From Limnothrix sp. BL-A-16 (GTDB lineage: Bacteria > Cyanobacteriota > Cyanobacteriia > CACIAM-69d): a stretch of DNA of 64,000 bases. The notes under the pieces are model-generated. The model saw nothing but the letters and a program-made list of their open reading frames with translations, searched no databases and was not told the origin of the DNA. The stretch covers positions 3,712,001 to 3,776,000 of the forward strand of contig CP166615.1 of the NCBI GenBank assembly GCA_041937175.2. The letters are read 5' to 3'. Shown here one piece after another: positions 61,632-64,000 of the stretch. A program made the position numbers and the translations under genes. Positions within the stretch are counted from its first letter, which is position 1. Each line of letters opens with the position of its first letter.

Positions 61632-62053
61632 TTGCCGCCTTTAGACGATCGGCCAGCGACGGGCGCAACCTGACTCAGGGGGCCCCGCTGGGGTTCATCA
61701 ACAGGAAAACGAGTCGATCGCAACGTTTCAGCACTTTGACTCCCTGAGCCAACAGCCCGCCCGAGGATCAGCGGCTGGAACCATCACCGCCCGCCCCAGG
61801 TCGTAATCTCCGAACCTTTTCCCAGGCGTGCCGGGCCGCTCTCTTGACAGAATAGCCTTGGTAACGGGCAACGATCGGGGGTGCGCCCCATTTGGTAGTC
61901 CAGTTAGCCCCGTGTAACTTGCGATCGCGATTACCCTATTAGGGCGATCGCCGCCGCACCTCCACTCTCCTCCAATCAGCAGAATAGACCCGTGGCTCGA
62001 AACACGGGGCCGGCCCCGAGCCGGTTGTTAATGCTCGCTCTCTAGGAAGGTTT

Positions 62054-62437
62054 ATGGTGCCCATGATGTACAGCCCTCATGTACTCGAACTCCAAGGTCG
62101 CTGCGATACCCACAGCAGCGCCAATCTGCGTCAACAATTTGAGCAACTGGCCCAGGAAGTTAGCGCTACGGAAACTTCTGCCCCGGTTTGGTTGCTGGAT
62201 TTATCTCAGGTGAGTTCAATCGACAGTTCCGGTCTTTCGGCGTTCATTGCTGGTTTCAAGCTGGCTCGACAGCAGGGCGGAGCGCTGCTCTTCTGTGCGC
62301 CCTCGGATCCGGTGCGGATGGTGTTTGAAATTGCTCAGCTCGATCGGGTGTTTCCCATCTACGAATCGCAGGCGGCGGCATTGGCCGCTTGGGAACAACA
62401 GACCCTGGAGCCGACTTTTAATCCCCTGGCGGCCTAG
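62054..62437 (+). CDS. STAS-domain anti-sigma-factor antagonist
   Basis: LDLSQVSSIDSSGL motif, VRMVFEIAQLD. Confidence 0.88.
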   Translation: MVPMMYSPHVLELQGRCDTHSSANLRQQFEQLAQEVSATETSAPVWLLDLSQVSSIDSSGLSAFIAGFKLARQQGGALLFCAPSDPVRMVFEIAQLDRVFPIYESQAAALAAWEQQTLEPTFNPLAA

Positions 62438-62476
62438 TGGAAACCGCTTGGGTTGGAATCCTGCCTGTTAGATGCC

Positions 62477-63001
62477 ATGGAAGCAGTGTTTAAGGGGTTT
62501 CGGATTCAGGATTGGCAACCTCGCGATCGGGCGGCCGCCGCAACTGTGATCCGTACTGTGCTGACGGAGTATGGTTTGCCCTGGGAACCAACAGGGGCCG
62601 ATCGAGATGTCCTGGCCGTGGAGGATTGTTATCTCGCGACCGGGGGAGAATTTTGGGTGATCTACCAAGGGTCGCAACTCGTAGGCACTGGAGCCTACTA
62701 CCCGATCGACCGAGGCGATCGCGCGGTTGAGATCCGAAAAATGTATCTGCTTCCACTGGCCCGCGGCCAGGGTTTGGGACGCTGGCTGTTGCAACAACTG
62801 GAGCAAGCTGCGGCCAGGCATGGCTTTCAGACTGCTTGGTTGGAAACCGCCAGCGTCCTTGCAACGGCCGTGCAATTGTATGAAACCAGCGGCTATCAAT
62901 TAACCCAAGGGGTTGAAACGCCCCGGTGCGATCGTCTCTACTGCAAATCGATCGCCTATGGGTCAATTGCCGCTAATCAACCCATTTCCAAAAATTCATA
63001 A
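62477..63001 (+). CDS. GNAT N-acetyltransferase
   Basis: EIRKMYL...RGQGLG, LET...A..LYE..GY. Confidence 0.9.
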   Translation: MEAVFKGFRIQDWQPRDRAAAATVIRTVLTEYGLPWEPTGADRDVLAVEDCYLATGGEFWVIYQGSQLVGTGAYYPIDRGDRAVEIRKMYLLPLARGQGLGRWLLQQLEQAAARHGFQTAWLETASVLATAVQLYETSGYQLTQGVETPRCDRLYCKSIAYGSIAANQPISKNS

Positions 63002-63017
63002 ATTAATTTGCAGCTTA

Positions 63018-63159
63018 GGGTCTGTCGTCATTTCGCCCAAAACCCTAGATCTGCCGTTAGCGGATTGTGTGAGACAAGGGGCTTGAGCATCTTGTTACGA
63101 CGACTGGGGCACGGAAGATCAACCGTTTCAGCATCACCTCGAAAAATGACGACACCCCC
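63018..63159. mobile_element. 142-bp MITE with TA flanks, carrying a degenerate REP
   Basis: ta[GGGTCTGTCGTCATTT...AAATGACGACACCCCC]ta (14/16 TIR); REP variant at 63075-63094. Confidence 0.85.
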
Positions 63160-63377
63160 TAGAGCCGGTGGTATGGTTATCGTTGGCTCCAATAGGCTTG
63201 GTTCACTCAGCATAATTAACCTGATCGATCTAACCCGATCAATCAGGTTGGGGATTAATGATTCACGACGGATGAATCACGGACGCTGAATTATGATTCA
63301 CACCTCGATTGTGAATACCCCAAACCATTGCCCAGGAGTCGATTCAACTAACTCAATCCCTTCAAACTAAATTTCCT

Positions 63378-64000
63378 ATGCTCGCCCTCGACACCCTGCT
63401 GCAAGAGTTGAGCGTCCTCGCCAGTAGCTACAACAGCTTGGGTACCCGGCTTTCTCTGGCAGCCGGTGAGTTAACCAATTTGGGTACACCACCCAGTGCC
63501 GGACTGCTCCAGGAAGCCGCCCGCTATCAACAAACCTTTGAAACCCTGCGCGATCGGGCGATCGCCCTGGCCAAGGAAGCGGGTTTAACAGGGGGAGCCA
63601 TTCCGGCCAACTTGGTTTCTGTGCGGGAACTGGAAGACTTTATTCGCTCCTTGATGCCCATTGGATCGCCGGAAGCGGTTCAACAACAGGCGCTGGCTAT
63701 GCTCGATCGCCTGCTGTCCATTCGCTACAGCGGCAGCAGCGATGCCCAAGGGGCCCTCGAAGATTGCCAAACTCAAGCGCGGCAGGTGCGCGGCCTGGTG
63801 GCCACCGCTGTGCCCACCAACTTGCCCCAAGTGGCCATCTCCCTGGTGAAGGGCAATCATCCCCTTTGCGCCCTCTTGACCCTGTTGGAAGAGGCCGATC
63901 GCCTAGATGACGATCGCTGGGTGCAACTGGAAGACACCGTGGCCCGTTCCTTTGGTCGATCGCTGGCCGTGGCCGCGTCCCGAGGCAAGCTGCAAGTGGG
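63378..64000 (+). CDS. Hypothetical helical protein (runs off window end)
   Basis: Open frame from ATG 63378, MLALDTLLQELSVL...FGRSLAVAASRGKLQV, with no stop before the edge. Not in the ORF track. Confidence 0.75.
   Translation, partial: MLALDTLLQELSVLASSYNSLGTRLSLAAGELTNLGTPPSAGLLQEAARYQQTFETLRDRAIALAKEAGLTGGAIPANLVSVRELEDFIRSLMPIGSPEAVQQQALAMLDRLLSIRYSGSSDAQGALEDCQTQARQVRGLVATAVPTNLPQVAISLVKGNHPLCALLTLLEEADRLDDDRWVQLEDTVARSFGRSLAVAASRGKLQV

Overview
64 kb of a cyanobacterial chromosome. The evidence is very dense HIP1 GCGATCGC octamers plus clpP3/clpR, sqdX, ccaA, psb35-like and UPF0367 genes; the genus cannot be fixed from sequence alone. Most of the window is housekeeping and metabolic (tig, asd, ppsA, mgtE, agxt, clpR/clpP, xth, prolyl oligopeptidase, sqdX, mtnP, amt1, ccaA, lpdA, cysC, PBP1A, uvrC). 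The main highlight is a 1273-aa Amt-HAMP-His kinase-receiver-class IIIb adenylate cyclase fusion with all catalytic motifs intact. It converges on carboxysomal carbonic anhydrase and lies near an amt1 gene preceded by an NtcA box, so it is a candidate one-protein ammonium/CO2-to-cAMP integrator. Other notable items: a dispersed GTAG-type palindromic REP (12 copies) nested inside two unrelated MITE families, a third MITE and a REPIN; a cobH'/'cobI pseudogene joined at a HIP1 site; an AT-rich accessory patch with an IS1 remnant and a GmrSD-like DUF262-DUF1524 gene; and an RTX-repeat surface protein with strong codon bias. No rRNA, tRNA or CRISPR array was seen. All calls come from motif reading only; no database searches were run.
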